From: Amoebidium appalachense
Lineage: Eukaryota; Protista; Ichthyosporea
Assembly: GCA_963693365.1 (NCBI GenBank)
Contig: CAVNZM010000001.1
Coordinates: 21,336,125-21,400,124 of the forward strand
DNA: 64,000 nt
Reading direction: 5' to 3'
Positions 1 to 19,997 of this stretch are shown one piece after another; position 1 is the first letter of the stretch, and the number at the start of each line of letters is the position of its first letter. Position numbers and translations under genes: made by a program. A model generated the notes under the pieces. The model was not told where the DNA came from and searched no databases. It saw only the letters and a program-made list of their open reading frames with translations.

Positions 1-1682
1 GGTGTCTGTAAGGTGAGCTTGGGTTTTGCCTTTTGCCAATAAATATGTGTTGTTGGTGTGGGAGCCAAAGGATGTTTGTGCCCAAGTACTATGCCAAGAA
101 GAACAGATGCTCACACCTGAGTAAGGTGCACCGTTCAAGGAAAAGAAATAAAAAACGGGAAAGGACATGGCTGCATGTGAGGACAAGTTGATCAGTGTGC
201 CTGTAGCTCTTGGCTGGGATTTCCTTGTTCTAAGCCCATTGGTTTTGTGTTGCCGTGATGGCGCCCAGGCTCACACACACATAAATAAAGCCAGAATGCT
301 CTCAATGCACACAACTTGAAGCACGCCAAACACTCACGTACACAAGTAGTGGGGCACAGCACACAGGGAATGCATATGCTCACACAGGAGACGGTTTACA
401 AGCACATGTACAGTCGTTAGCATACCCACACAGACCACAATGACAGCATACAAAGACGCGCTTGCATGAGTGCAACACAAAACACATGAATATGGGCATG
501 CGGATAGGATCATGCGCTTCAACAACTCTCAGACACAGCGAAACTCCTTCCTTTAAATCTGGCGTCTGCTTACACACCAAAGGATGACCATATGCTGGTC
601 ACATGCCCCAAGCCTAAAGCTTCCTTCCCATGAAACCTTTCGGTTAAACGATTGCACACATCAGAGGCGTCTAGCTAAACCTTAGAATGGAAAAAAGACC
701 AAAAGCTCAAGATAATTGATAATTTAGAGAGCCTCCAGAACATGGCATCCAGCCAGTCCATGACATATGGCTCACCACATCAGTGCCGACATCCTTCCGT
801 AGCGGCGGTCCTCAACCTGCACTCAAGGCCTTCCCCGTTGTCCACAGCCCGCCGGTTGGTTTTATGAACGCCAAAGAAAAAATGGTCAAACCACGCGCAG
901 GGTGGTGGCACAATGTACCCCTGATTGCACGGCCAGTTGAACTTGTTGTTGAGCGAGGTTTGGGCGGAGCTACACTACACCTGCTACACTACAGCTACGG
1001 CCAAAGCAAATATGATAAGGTAGCTATTTACGCAAAAACCATCCAGAAATTGTTGCGCGCATGAATGGTACCTGAAATAGCGGTTTCACGGGTACATCAA
1101 AGAAAGACGGCTTGCATTGGTCGTATTATCGTGACACTGAATACCCTCTATGCGACCTTTAGCACACAGCATCACCGTGTTTCAGATGATAAACTTGCCA
1201 CGTTTTCTGCCCACACGGTCCACACCGTGCCGGTTTCTCGTGCACCGTGCATGGGCGTGATGAGCTAAAACCTACCGGCTACTGTGTGCTGATTGGCTGC
1301 CGCCTTTTCCAATGGCTCGCGATCTGCTTTCAAATAGTTCCTATTGGCTGCTGGATTTTAAAGGTGCTCCTCCAGGAGCGGCAATAGATCTCCACATATA
1401 GTCAGCTTATTTGAGCTGAAGCCGCCGTTTTAAAATTGTAAAAACCTTAAAATCCATTTGAAAAAGTTAAGGCTGTATAAAATCTTCTTACTCCATTGTA
1501 TATTTCAAGGGAGACGAATCGGGTCATGTCCGAGCTCAGAGGGGTTTTGGCCCGTCAGCTGTTCTGCTTTTCTTGAAATTTACACGAACTTTTCATCGCT
1601 TCCAGCAAATATCCAACAACCATATGGCAATGGATTGCAAAGCCTTTATATATACCTTGAACCTCTTTTAACCAAAGTTTTA

Positions 1683-1718
<36 letters not shown>

Positions 1719-2070
1719 TTTTATAGGTCCTGCAAAAAGAGTTGCTACATGGGAGAAGAAATAGACTCCCGAGCTGGCTGAACACAATCGCACGGTCGAT
1801 GAAGACCCCAGCCATCTCCTGTAATCGGGTTTTGGTTGTCGATTTTTCCCGATCGAAGTTGGCAGGAAGTATGGCTCATCGCTAGGCTACACCAGTCCAC
1901 GAAACTTTGGCGCCAAATAGGCCCGGCCGGATATCTTCATCCGATTCACAGTTGTGCCAGATCACAGCTGTATACATAGGCTGCCACTTGACTCTGAGTA
2001 CAGCATAGTGTTGTGCAGTGTAGCCTGCTGTTGACGGTGGGCCCTTCTTGTGAGCACGGTGAGCGGCAGC

Positions 2071-8693
<6,623 letters not shown>

Positions 8694-9456
8694 CCGGACA
8701 TCGGGGCAGTGCGGAGGCCACGTGGCCCGGCAGCACTCAGGGCCAGGCAGGCACCGACATGCCATTTTTACGAATCTTCCATTTTCATCCTTTTTTATCT
8801 TTATCTCGCATTTATCTGGCATTTATCTTGTATTTGTCCCTCATATAGAACCACATGGAGGGGGGCTTGGCCCCAGTGGGACTGGCGCCCACATGCCCGG
8901 CCACAATACACACAGCCACGGTCAGGCCACAATACACACAGCCACGTGCAGGCCACAATACACACGGCCACATTGTCCGCGCATGTGTGTGTGCGCACAC
9001 AAGTACATGCGCGTCACAAGGCATTATAGTGTGTGTGCATGAGCAGTGGTGGTGCACGCCATGGAGGTGGAGGTGAGTGGGGTTGGATTTGGGTGCAATG
9101 GAGAGGGGGGGTGAATGGGGGGTGCGCCAGATGCTGGCTTACTGTAACCACAGCGTGCTAGTGTCCGAATCCTTTATTTACGTTTTGGCAGTGGCCAGCA
9201 TTTGTTGTGATTCGATTTCTGCAGAAAGACTTTGGCCGCACGCCCATATTCGATGTTGATATCATACCATTTACATATCGCCACGTGTACACGCATGTCA
9301 CTTGATAGTTTATAAAGCAACTAAAAAAGTAGGGATATCGATGGCATGCTCATTGTTGCTATTTGTGCCCCACACCACGTGGTCCCGCACGCACGTGCAC
9401 CTCCGTCTGCACCACGTGCAGGCCCACTACCATTGGATGGCCAAACCTCCAGTCTG

Positions 9457-9561
9457 TCCTAATATAGCCCACTTAGCTGTTGTAGTGCAGCCCTTAACTT
9501 CGAGCATATTCCTAATATAGCCCACCTAGCTGTTGCAGTGCAGCCCTTAACTTCGAGCATA
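9457..9561. repeat. 53-bp tandem duplication between the convergent 3' ends of TFIIS and the zinc-finger gene
   Basis: TCCTAATATAGCCCAC(T/C)TAGCTGTTG(T/C)AGTGCAGCCCTTAACTTCGAGCATAT occurs twice. Confidence 0.9.
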
Positions 9562-9804
9562 TGTCCTATAAAAAATATAATCACCTGGACGTTCATGCTG
9601 CAACTGTGCCCCATCACCCTGGCTCTGCACGTTCATTCCGCACAAAAAAAACTCAGTGTACCTCGTTCCGAGAATCTGATACCTGTGGCATACACCTACT
9701 ATGTTCATATTTCTAGATCCATTTTTAAAGTCACCCCATATCAAACAGACCACTTAAAGCACACCCCATCATTCATGCCGCCACCCACCCACCCATCAAC
9801 CGAC

Positions 9805-12099
9805 TCAGGCTGACTCCTGCTTGGCCCTCCTCTGCTCGACGAATGCCGTGATCCTTCTTAGCACGTGGTACTGTGTGCACAGCCGCTGCAGCCAATCATC
9901 AGCCCCGCACTTCTGGCCCTCGTCCAGCCGCACTGCAGCCAGGCCGTCAGCCAGCTGGTCTGTTGCCCTCTGCCTCCTCAGGCTCTGGATGGCCTCTGTG
10001 ATGGCACACTTGCTCTTGGACCGCTCACTGCTGGGTGCAAGGGCCGGGGACAGGGCCGGGCCCGATGCAGCAAGCACGGCCACGGGGGCAGCGAGCAGAG
10101 GGGGAGGAGGGGGGCTGCCGTCAATGTGCGGCACATCGGGGCTGCTGGGGGGGTCTGCAGGCTCAGGCTCAGGCGCGGGGTCGAGGGGGGCTGGGGGGGT
10201 GGGCGGGCTGTCGCTGTCGCTCGCCGTGGCCTCATCCTCATGGGCCCCTAATTGGTCGCTGGACTCCTGCTTGGGCACGACCCTGGCCAGGGGGGTGGTG
10301 AAGGCCGGGATGGCCGTGCGGGGGGCAAAGGTCGGGCGGAAGGGCTCCTTTGCTTGCTTGGGCTGGTAGTGGTGGAACAGCAGCGGCTTCTTGTCCTCCT
10401 GCCAGGCCTCGACTGCTGGCGCCTTGTCGTCTCGTGGCAGCAGTGGCCTCCTGGCCCCCGTGCTGTCGCTCGAGTGCCGCTGCAGGCCTCCTGCAGGTGC
10501 CCCCAGCAGGCTGCTGGTGCCCAGCCCAGCACCGGCCCCAACGGCCCTACCCGGCACCATGGCCCCAAACAGCCCGGGGCTGTCGTCCATCTTGAGCCCC
10601 TGCAGGTCGGCCAGGCCTCCCCCGTGGCCCCACGGGTAGGCCGCAGGCACGTACGGCCCCGGCCAGCCCCCAAGGCCCTGCGGCAGGCCCGGCAGCTCGG
10701 GCAGGCTGGCGGGGGCCGGCACGGGGCGGGGGGGTGCTGACGGGGTGCTGCGATTGGCTGCCGGGCGCTTCTTCTTGGGCCGGCTGGCGGCAGGCCGGGC
10801 AGGGGCACTGGCAGGGGCCGGGGTGGGGGCAAAGTTGGGCACGGGAATGGGCTGGGGCTGGGGCCAATCAGAGGGGGCCCTTCGGTCGATCTCGCCCTTG
10901 ATGCCGGCGGCAAGGTGGCGCAGAGTCTCCTCCAGCTGCTGCAGGTGCTCGGGGCTGTACGTGTTGAGCACTGGTAGTGGATGTTAGCAGCGGGTAGACC
11001 TCAATAGTTTCACCCCCTCTTTCCTTTCCCCTCCTGACAACTTGGCAGGTAACAGGCTCCCGTTCCTCTGTATCATTCAAGCGTCCACCTACACCCTCTT
11101 TCCCTCCTTATCATGCGCACTGTACCTCAACACACACTTTCCGTCCCTCGTATCACGATGGCTACCACCTACACCCTCCTTTCCTCCCTCATATCACGAT
11201 GGCTACCACCCCCACCCTCTTTTCCTCCCTCATTTCACACAAGCAGCACCCACCTGAGCCCAGGTCGCTGTCGGTCCATGGGCGCTGTGTCTGTGCCTCG
11301 ACCTTAGCCAGGCTGGCCAGCAGCTCAGCTGCAGACACATTTTGGCGCTTGCGTGCACCCTCATCCTGGTCCAGGCTCCGCTTGACCTGGCCCTCCCTGG
11401 GCTCAGTGGGGGCAGGCAGGTCCAAGGGCAGGGTCAGGTCAGCATCAAAGTCGGCAAAGGGCCCGACCAGGTCCAGATCAAGCAGGCAGCCATTATCCCC
11501 CACGTCCCAAGTGAGCAGGTCCATGCCCCCCAGCAGGCCCGTGCCCGTCAGGGGGTCCAGCAGGGGGCTGGCGCTGGCCGTGTGGTTGGACTGGGGGCTG
11601 GCATAGGTGGTACTGCTGTGGGGGGACGACAGAGACAGGTCCGTGGGTTGGCTGCTGCCGGACTGGTGCGACCCCTGTGCACGTGCGTCAGTGTGTGTGC
11701 GTCTGTGTGTGTGGGCGCGCGGGAACACAATTTTTGTTTTGCTCCTTTTTGCTTTTCTTTTCTCTTCATTCCTTTCTTTCTTTCTTTCTTTCTTTTTTTT
11801 TGTGTGTGTGTGTGGGAAGGGGGGGGCAAACACAGGACCAGTGAAGAGTGTACAAGACGAAACACGATGAGTTCATACAGCCCAAAAGAAAAGCATGCAA
11901 TTATTTTTTCTTTCTTTCTTTTCTCCCCTTCCATGCAGTTTTTTTTTTTTTTTTTTTTTTTTGGGGGGGGGGGGGGGGGGTACACACAAAGCACCAACGG
12001 GTAACTCTTTGCTGATCTGCACAGGGACACACAAGGAAGGGGGGCAACTTCCACAGTTTACAAAGGAGAAAATAGATGGAGGCAGCGAGGCTTATTGCA

Positions 12100-12130
<31 letters not shown>

Positions 12131-13423
12131 GGCAAGCACACGCAACGTGAGGATGTGGTGGTCGTATGTGTGCACATGCACCCACAGATAGCAATTAATC
12201 ACTAAATAATTACTAATTAATCAATTACCGTGGGGCTGTGGTGGTCGTATGTGTGTGCCCGTGCGCTGCGCCTGAGGTCGTCCACCGCGGCCAGCAGCTG
12301 CTCCCTCTTGCCGGCACTCTTGAGGCCCAGCTCGGTCTTGAGGAAGGCGTGCTGCAGCCGCAGCAGCAGCCGCCCGTCTATGTCGTTGTCAAGAAACAGA
12401 AGCACGTGCTCACCAAGCCCCTGCCCCTGCAGCCACCCGGCCACCTGCACACAGCGTCAGCACCAGCACACAGCAACCACACCTGGTGGGCTGAAAAAGA
12501 GCAGTGCCCGTGGTCAAAGGGCAGCACAAGCAAAGTGGTGACACACACACACACACACACTGCCACATTCATAGTTACACCAGCGTACATCATAACAGTA
12601 AACGCGAGCTCACAAACTTTGCCCATACCCCCCAGCAGCACAAATACACACAGGAGCACACAAAGCAAAGCCTAGAGGTGCACACCCATACAACAGCAAC
12701 ACGGTGAGCCTGCTCACTGGCATACCGACATGCACCCACACACACCCACCCACCCACCCACCCACACACCAAATCCAAACACAAGGCCACGATCATAGGC
12801 TCCACCATGCATATGCCCGTCACTATATACTCGAGCTCAACCTTTTCTCCACATACAGACAGCAAAATGCACACCGGGACACACAAACCAGACACTTCGG
12901 GCGGCTGCTCTCCCACATGCACATGCGTGCCCAAAGACACGCACGCGCACACACATGCAGACACCCCCACAGCCAGCAAGCATAAACACTATGAGCAGCA
13001 TGCACGGTCACCCACGCACACCCACGCACGCAGCCACACGCACGCACACACCTGCTCCTTTGTCCAGGCGGCCACCTCGCTGTCGTCGTCAGCGGGGGAG
13101 CCCTTCTTACACACTGGCACGTGCTTGTTCAGGTCGGGCTTGCGCTTGAAACCGCGGCCGCACACGTCACAGTAGAACTGGAAGAGGGGCACGTGCACGA
13201 GTATGTGCGACGTCAGCGAGTAGCGCCGGCGGAACACCTTGCCGCTGTGCGCCTCGCGGCAGTCCGCCCAGCGGCACTGCAGGCACACGGCCTGCCCGTC
13301 ACGTGCGCTACCGATGTGGTCCGCAAGCACGTGCTCGTGCAGCGCCCGTGCGTCCGCATAGCGCGCACTGCAGCCTTCCCACCGGCACACGCTGTCCGGC
13401 GCCTCGGCGCTTGCCGCTATCAT
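9805..13423 (-). CDS. PacC/Rim101 (GLI/ZIC-related) three-finger C2H2 protein with SAM domain and long Pro/Ala/Ser-rich C-terminus, 4 exons, about 724 aa
   Basis: Exons 13423-13052, 12444-12229, 11674-11254 and 10970-9805 join in frame. Fingers: CRWEGC..LHEHVLADHIG, CRWADC..LTSHILVHVPL and CDVCGRGFKRKPDLNKHVPVC. SAM: VAAWTKEQ|VAGWLQGQGLGEHVLLFLDNDIDGRLLLRL..LKTELGLKSAGKREQLLAAVDDL. A further upstream exon cannot be excluded. Confidence 0.85.
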
Positions 13424-14112
13424 CCTGCCTGCATACCCTCCGCGTGCCTACGCGTATGGGAGAAAGAACGGCCCAGGCAGCAGGAGTGAAAGAACTTAAA
13501 TGGTGGTCTGACAGGCACTACCTAACCGAAAGAATTTTAGCAAACTGGCACCAACTATACCAAACAGGGAAATACGACAGTGTCTAAAAGCCCAGGCACT
13601 TCTTTTCAGCGTGGTGACACCTCGACTTTCTGGCAAACATGCAACCTTGTTCACTCTCACACCTTAACATCAAAGTGCAGTGTTGCGGTGCAGTCTGTGT
13701 GGCGGCAGCAGATTGTTTGCTGACGTCACCCCTATCCAGTTAGCGTGGGTCTGGGCAAACAGGCACACAGGTCGGCCGGCAGGGGGGAGGGAACCACAGC
13801 AGGCAAGGCAGTAAGTAGCGTATGTGGGCAGAGGGGGGGCATCAAGGTACATGCTCGGTGGGAGAGAACGGGTATAAACACGTGGCTACAACACGTGTGT
13901 GTGCACACACAACAAGGTGCGGCCACACAGGTCACTGACCTACAGCCAATAGGCGCAGGGCAATGGCCAGGTTTGGCCAAGTTTTCGCATCCAAGACTTT
14001 GGCTCTCTTGGGCAGCAAGTCCGACTCGAGTCGGCGCCTCAACGGTGCGTTTGTGTGTGCGCCACAAGGCCTTCTAAACAGGAGTGCTATTTAGGAGGCC
14101 TTGGTGCGCCAC

Positions 14113-14197
<85 letters not shown>

Positions 14198-14422
14198 GCG
14201 ACGGTAGATATACTAGTTAGGTTATAATGCATTTGTTACTGGTACCTAAAACTACTAATATCACAACCATTGTTCTCTTTGTACCCCTGCCTTGGTCCGA
14301 GACGAATATGTCAGGCAGGCCTTTGTTGTGGGTGTGTGCTGGCTCGGACGTTACGTTTATGTATGTTCTGGTCGCGTATTGTTGCATGTGGTCTTCCCAT
14401 TCAGGTATGTGTGCATCTAAGT

Positions 14423-14467
<45 letters not shown>

Positions 14468-14941
14468 ACAAACACACACACCACACACACACACATAACG
14501 CACCAAACATGCGTGAAGACAACCCAAGATCGTGTAGACTGATTGGATGTACCGGCACACTCAAACAATTATGGACTAGCACACTCAAATAACTGAAGAG
14601 CGAGAGGCTCGGCTGAGTTCATTGCTTTGGCCTAGTGTTATAGTTACTGAAAGCAGCTGGAGTACTATTTTGCTCGTAGCTTTTTGAGGGCAAAAGTTAA
14701 AGGCAAGGAATCACGGGCACACCGTGGAAGATTGCTGGGTCACGGTTGTTGGTGAACCCGGGGTGCCCATTTTGTAGGTAGTTATGGTGCTTGTAGCTAA
14801 ATGGTTTGTTTTTGTAAGGTTTTCTTTTTTTTCTGGGGGGGAGGGAGGGAGGGGTGAGGGGAGGGAGGGAGGGATAGTATGTGTATCTATATTGAAGGGT
14901 TTCTCTGTGTCGGTGCAACTGGGCCCTCGGGAGGGGTGTGT

Positions 14942-14972
<31 letters not shown>

Positions 14973-16000
14973 GGGGGGGGGGAGTCGGCCGTGGCTTGCT
15001 CAAAGCTGTGTGGGTGTTGGAGTTTTTTTTGCAGATTTCTCTCACCGATGCACACTGATAAAATAAAAAGAAGAAGAAGAAGAAAAGAAAGCCCACACAT
15101 CCGAAAAGAAAAAACTGAGAATTCCCGTTGACACCACCCACAAGGTGTGGCTAAAGAACCGCCAACCCTGCCCCCTTCCCTCTCCCCCCTCCCCCCCCCC
15201 CCCAAACACACACACAGACAGGCCGTCACCCACTTCCGCCTAGACCTTCGGCCCACATTCCATTTTTGTTTTTGATTATCTTTGTTTCTTTTTTGTGCTT
15301 TCTTTTCGAAGCCGCAGCATCATTGAAGCCTATCTTATGGGCTAGACCCTGCGTGGTGATGTGTGTAGGTGTGTGCGTGTGTGTGTGTTTGTGTGTGGAG
15401 GGGGGGGGGGGGGGGGGGGGGTTGAGACGCACAAGTTATGGTGAAGTGTGTGTGTGCCCGGGCTGCACTGCCACGTGCACTGGCGTGCTTGGGTGTGTGC
15501 GCTCTGCACGTGCAGACCACCGTGGCTGCCCGAGTGTGGGTGGACTGCGGAAAGTGTGTGTTGTTGAACCACGCACAGCTGGTGTAGTACGTGACACAGG
15601 AGGTGATGCTTCTGCCCACATGGAAGTTTACATGGGAATTGTTACAACAGCAAACGCGCCCGCAACACCAGTGTGCCCGTCGTGGACTGCACCGACAAAA
15701 ACGTTGATTTAATCAAATCAATAAGGGTCGTGGCTCTGGGGTGACACTTAGTCTTGCAACATACTGCTTAGTCCCAGACCACTCTCTGACCATAGCTGTG
15801 GCCTCTGTCCCCTCTGCGTCCATGGCGCATACAAGGTCGCCATAAGTCTAAGCTGTGTGCCCTACAACCGCCTGCATCTTTTATGTGCTCAGCTCGAGTT
15901 TACCCCTGTGTTGTTGCAACCAGCTGAGGGCTTCCGACAGCCAGACCGTTCGGAGGCTGCAAGCTGCAAGCCTACGCAACATCAAGGCTACAAAACATGT

Positions 16001-16206
16001 TGTAATACCACACAGCGTAGGCTGAGGCCGCCTCCGGACACTGGCACGTACAGCGCACTAATTTCCAGCCCTGCCTGCCGTGACGAGTCTGCAGCAGCCA
16101 GCCGGATGACACACTGCGTGACTCAGCCGCGGCCAAGCCCGAAAATTCAGATTTTTTGTCTTGGTATTTTTTCAAGCCCCGGAGTATTTTGGCCTGGGGT
16201 GTAACA
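16001..16206. mobile_element. Candidate solo LTR (206 bp)
   Basis: Begins TGTAATACCAC and ends GGGGTGTAACA (TG..CA, imperfect terminal inverted repeat). ATGT lies on both sides (15997-16000 and 16207-16210). Confidence 0.4.
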
Positions 16207-16632
16207 ATGTTATGCAACTTCTTCAGCTACTTCTGCGCTGCGTGAGTGGAGGGGCGGCTACTTGGTCGTCGGGGAGCTTTCCAAGTGACTGCCAGTCCTT
16301 AGCCTCCAGTCGTATGGCAATGACCGGGTTTGCTTGCATGCATGCATTCTGTAATTGTGTTTTTCTGTGTGTCCTGCCACAACTAGGCCACCTTATCAGA
16401 GAGCTAGATGCAGTTAAATTTCCGAAAGGCTCCGGGTTATCTATAGCTAGGGGCTGGGCCCGTTGGGATTGATCGAGGAAATACATTTTTGCGTAAAGCA
16501 CATATTAATGTTTGCGTTAAACACATTATCTAAAAAAAGAAAGAACTTGTGTCTAAAAAAGCTAATGAATAATAATGAAAATTACACAAAAATACGTTAG
16601 CCGAGAATAGAAATTTGAAAGTTATATTGGAT

Positions 16633-16864
16633 GGCCACAACAGAGGGCCAAGCGGCCACAACAGAGGGCCAAGCAACCGACGCGCAGCTGTTTACCTATA
16701 CGTACATAGTGTTGCTCCGAGAAAGTTTCTGTTTTGTGCACGTCTGTTTATGTATCCGTAGCTACACTGCAGCTAACACGTACTGACGTGTTGCCGCACG
16801 TGCGACGTTTAACATCTACCTAACACGTACTGACGTGTTGCCGCACGTGCGACGTTTAACATCT
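16633..16864. repeat. Two short tandem duplications: 21-bp x2 (16633-16674) and 47-bp x2 (16773-16864)
   Basis: GGCCACAACAGAGGGCCAAGC x2, and CTAACACGTACTGACGTGTTGCCGCACGTGCGACGTTTAACATCT x2, the latter containing internal palindromes. Confidence 0.9.
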
Positions 16865-16989
16865 TGTCCAACTATGTTCCGTCAGGCGGCCCCTTTTCTG
16901 GCACATACTGACGGTGCCTGGGCTGCTTTGAACTTGCCATTCGCCTCACACCCAGGCACGTTGGCTTTTATGATCACGTACCGTGAAAC

Positions 16990-17120
16990 AGCCAATCAAA
17001 ACGTTGTACAACAGATCGGCCAATCAGCGTGTTGTATCACTGTTTTGGGTATGCGTTTCGGCGCGTGCGTCTTGACGTCCCCACCTTGAGGCAACTTTTA
17101 AAAAAATTTAAAAGCCAATC
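16990..17120 (+). promoter_or_regulatory. Cluster of three CCAAT boxes (RGCCAATC) upstream of the orphan ORF at 17526
   Basis: GCCAATC at about 16991, 17019 and 17114, matching the NF-Y consensus. Confidence 0.4.
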
Positions 17121-17525
17121 GTTGGATAGGTACGAAGCGAAGCAAAATCCGAAATATTGCATGTATTGAGGCAATCCAGATAGGGCATCACGTCAGCCGT
17201 TTGCGCTCAAATTCAAACCTTGGTCAACAGCCGCGACCGTTATCATCCCATGTCTTGTCGCAAGGCTTTCAAGCGCCGGCACTTCTCGTGCACAGTTTTT
17301 GAAACTTTGTTTGATGTACTGCGCTCGTTTCAATCCGCGTGGTTTACCGTTGCAATATTTTGTATTTTGTCTATAGAACATTTAGCTAGATTGTAGCAGG
17401 CATACTGCGTGCATTTTTCTGCTTAATAATCTTTCTTTCATCCCTGGCCGCACAGGTACCCTAATTAGTTAAGCCTAGAGTGCATTCATACACTTTTTCT
17501 GCTTTTTCTGTGTATATTTAGTATT

Positions 17526-18131
17526 ATGTCAGCCTCTATACACCATGAAGATATCCCTAGTGTGCAAAATGGCACTGATTCGCTGTCACAGTCGGAATCA
17601 AGGCTATTCTTTCAGGATGAAACCTTGGACCTCCAGTTCATCAAATGGGTTACTGATCATTTCCAAAAATCCAGTGAAGTCGAAGGGAGAGTAAGGCACA
17701 TAACAATAAAGGACCTGCAAAAATTTATGGCTTTAGGACATTTCTCTCAGAACCACATTCGCACGATGTTTTTCACAAAAAACATGACAACGTTCTTAGG
17801 TGCCTGGCCAGCACATTTGACATCAGGGAGGCCGTATTGGAGGGTGGAAAACGCACGAAGGCCAGGCATGCAGGAAGGGAGCAATGTAATAGCGTGGGTT
17901 AATGCGCTCGTACCCTTAGAACCAAAAACGGAAATCGCGCGTCAATCGGTCAGCGTTTATGCAATCCCTACTAAGAGGCACCTTTCTTCGCAAGTACGCA
18001 CGGGCCAAGTACTTAGAGAACTGTGTCAAAATACTCCTGTGCACGCCCGTTCCAATGTTTTCCGAGCCCCTTTGCCTGCCAAGGATAGTGTGCAGAATCC
18101 CCGAAATGGTTTGGATAAGACAGCCAACTGA
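17526..18131 (+). CDS. Intronless orphan ORF, 201 aa, possible winged-helix-like N-terminal half
   Basis: Complex-sequence ORF with an ATG start. Codon usage is much more AT-ending than in host exons. FIKWVTDHF..ITIKDL..FFTKNMTTFLG loosely recalls RFX or D5-primase C-terminal wHTH domains. Confidence 0.45.
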   Translation: MSASIHHEDIPSVQNGTDSLSQSESRLFFQDETLDLQFIKWVTDHFQKSSEVEGRVRHITIKDLQKFMALGHFSQNHIRTMFFTKNMTTFLGAWPAHLTSGRPYWRVENARRPGMQEGSNVIAWVNALVPLEPKTEIARQSVSVYAIPTKRHLSSQVRTGQVLRELCQNTPVHARSNVFRAPLPAKDSVQNPRNGLDKTAN

Positions 18132-18544
18132 AGGTGGGCATTTTTCATTGTTATCACTTCAACATCTCGACGTGTGAAATTGAAACTGTGTGCAAGGCTG
18201 TGCTTTGACTGCTGCTTGTACGTTCTTCGTTTACATTTGCTCACAGTTGGGGGTCTTTGCCAATGGCATGTTTTTTATTATTATATATATTTCGATTGTG
18301 TAACTATAGGCTCTCAGAATGTGAGTGACTCAGTGTTCGCCAATATAGTGTGCCAGTCCGTCTCTTCGTCAGTACATCTAATTCTCCCTCGCATTCATCT
18401 CTACAAACTCTCTACATTCGTTTCACTCGTCTTCCTGTGTCCCACAATACTAAGGCCTATTGTTTCAGCAACCCAAAGGTCGGGATGGTTTGTTTAAAAA
18501 ACGAGGGGGATTTGTCGAAACTGATTCCACTAATCCCAGCCTTT

Positions 18545-18577
<33 letters not shown>

Positions 18578-18774
18578 TTTCACCGTACACCCCTGTAATA
18601 TAGATAGACATTTCAGTTTTGCCTTAATCTCTTCCCCCCCCCCCCCCCCCCCCAACAAACGCAGTACAGTACACACCCCCGCCCTGCGCCCCCCCCCCCC
18701 CCCCCCCCCTTCCCCTCTTCCCACCTCCCGAGTCCTTATCAATGTTCCCACCTCCCCAGCTGCACACACATACA

Positions 18775-18913
<139 letters not shown>

Positions 18914-19196
18914 ATACACATACAGACATATGTATTTACCCCCTCATCCCCCCCCCCCCCCCCCCCTCTCCTTATCTACCTGTCCAGTGCACACATCACT
19001 CCTTTTTTTAGTTCAGGCAATTACTTTATAGTGTCGTGTAGTGCATAAACCCCCCCCCCCCCCCCCCACACACACACACCATACACATACAGACATCCAC
19101 AAATATCCACATCGGCACCGTGACCCCCCCCCCCCCCCCCCCCCCCAACGCAGTGCAGTACACACCCCGCCCTGCTTCCCCTTCCCACCTCCCCAG

Positions 19197-19248
<52 letters not shown>

Positions 19249-19276
19249 GCACGCACACACACACACACACACACAC

Positions 19277-19452
19277 ATACTCATGCGCGCACACGCAGGC
19301 TGGCACGCTCAAGCACAAACAGGCACCAGCACACGCACAAGCACACTGGCACGGGAACGAGCAGGAACTGACATGCAGGCAGGTACGCACGCACGCACAC
19401 ACATACGCACACACACACACACGCACACACACACACACACACACAGACACAA

Positions 19453-19514
<62 letters not shown>

Positions 19515-19626
19515 TCATGCGCGCACACGCAGGCTGGCACGCTCAAGCACAAACAGGCACCAGCACACGCACAAGCACACTGGCACGGAACGAGCAGGAA
19601 CTGACACGCAGGCAGGTACGCACGCA
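19277..19626. repeat. About 115-bp unique unit duplicated, embedded in (CA)n
   Basis: ATACTCATGCGCGCACACGCAGGCTGGCACGCTCAAGC...GAACTGACAYGCAGGCAGGTACGC at about 19277-19395 and 19511-19626. Confidence 0.9.
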
Positions 19627-19677
19627 CACACACACACACGCACACGCGCACGCACACACACTCACACATGCACACTG

Positions 19678-19713
<36 letters not shown>

Positions 19714-19950
19714 CGCGCACACACACAGGTGCACACCTACACAACACACACAGCACATGTACACACAAGCGCACACACGCACACACACTGTTATCCCTGA
19801 TCATGATGCCCCTCCCCCCTCCCTCTTCCCCCCGCGCACCCCCCTCCCCCCCCCCCCCCCCCCACCCACCCACCTACAAAGGCGAAAACGCTTATCTGTG
19901 TTCCAGACCGTGTGCGCTCTACTCCTCTCCCCTCTCCCGCACACAACGAG

Positions 19951-19997
<47 letters not shown>

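Noticed and set aside
1-2000. Short ORFs 783-1064 and 1458-1781 and a CCAAT cluster near 1290-1350
   Set aside because: No recognisable domain or consistent exon chain, so no gene can be supported.
14590-14720. Possible small structured RNA ending in a T-run
   Set aside because: No tRNA, snRNA or snoRNA hallmark motifs were recognised.
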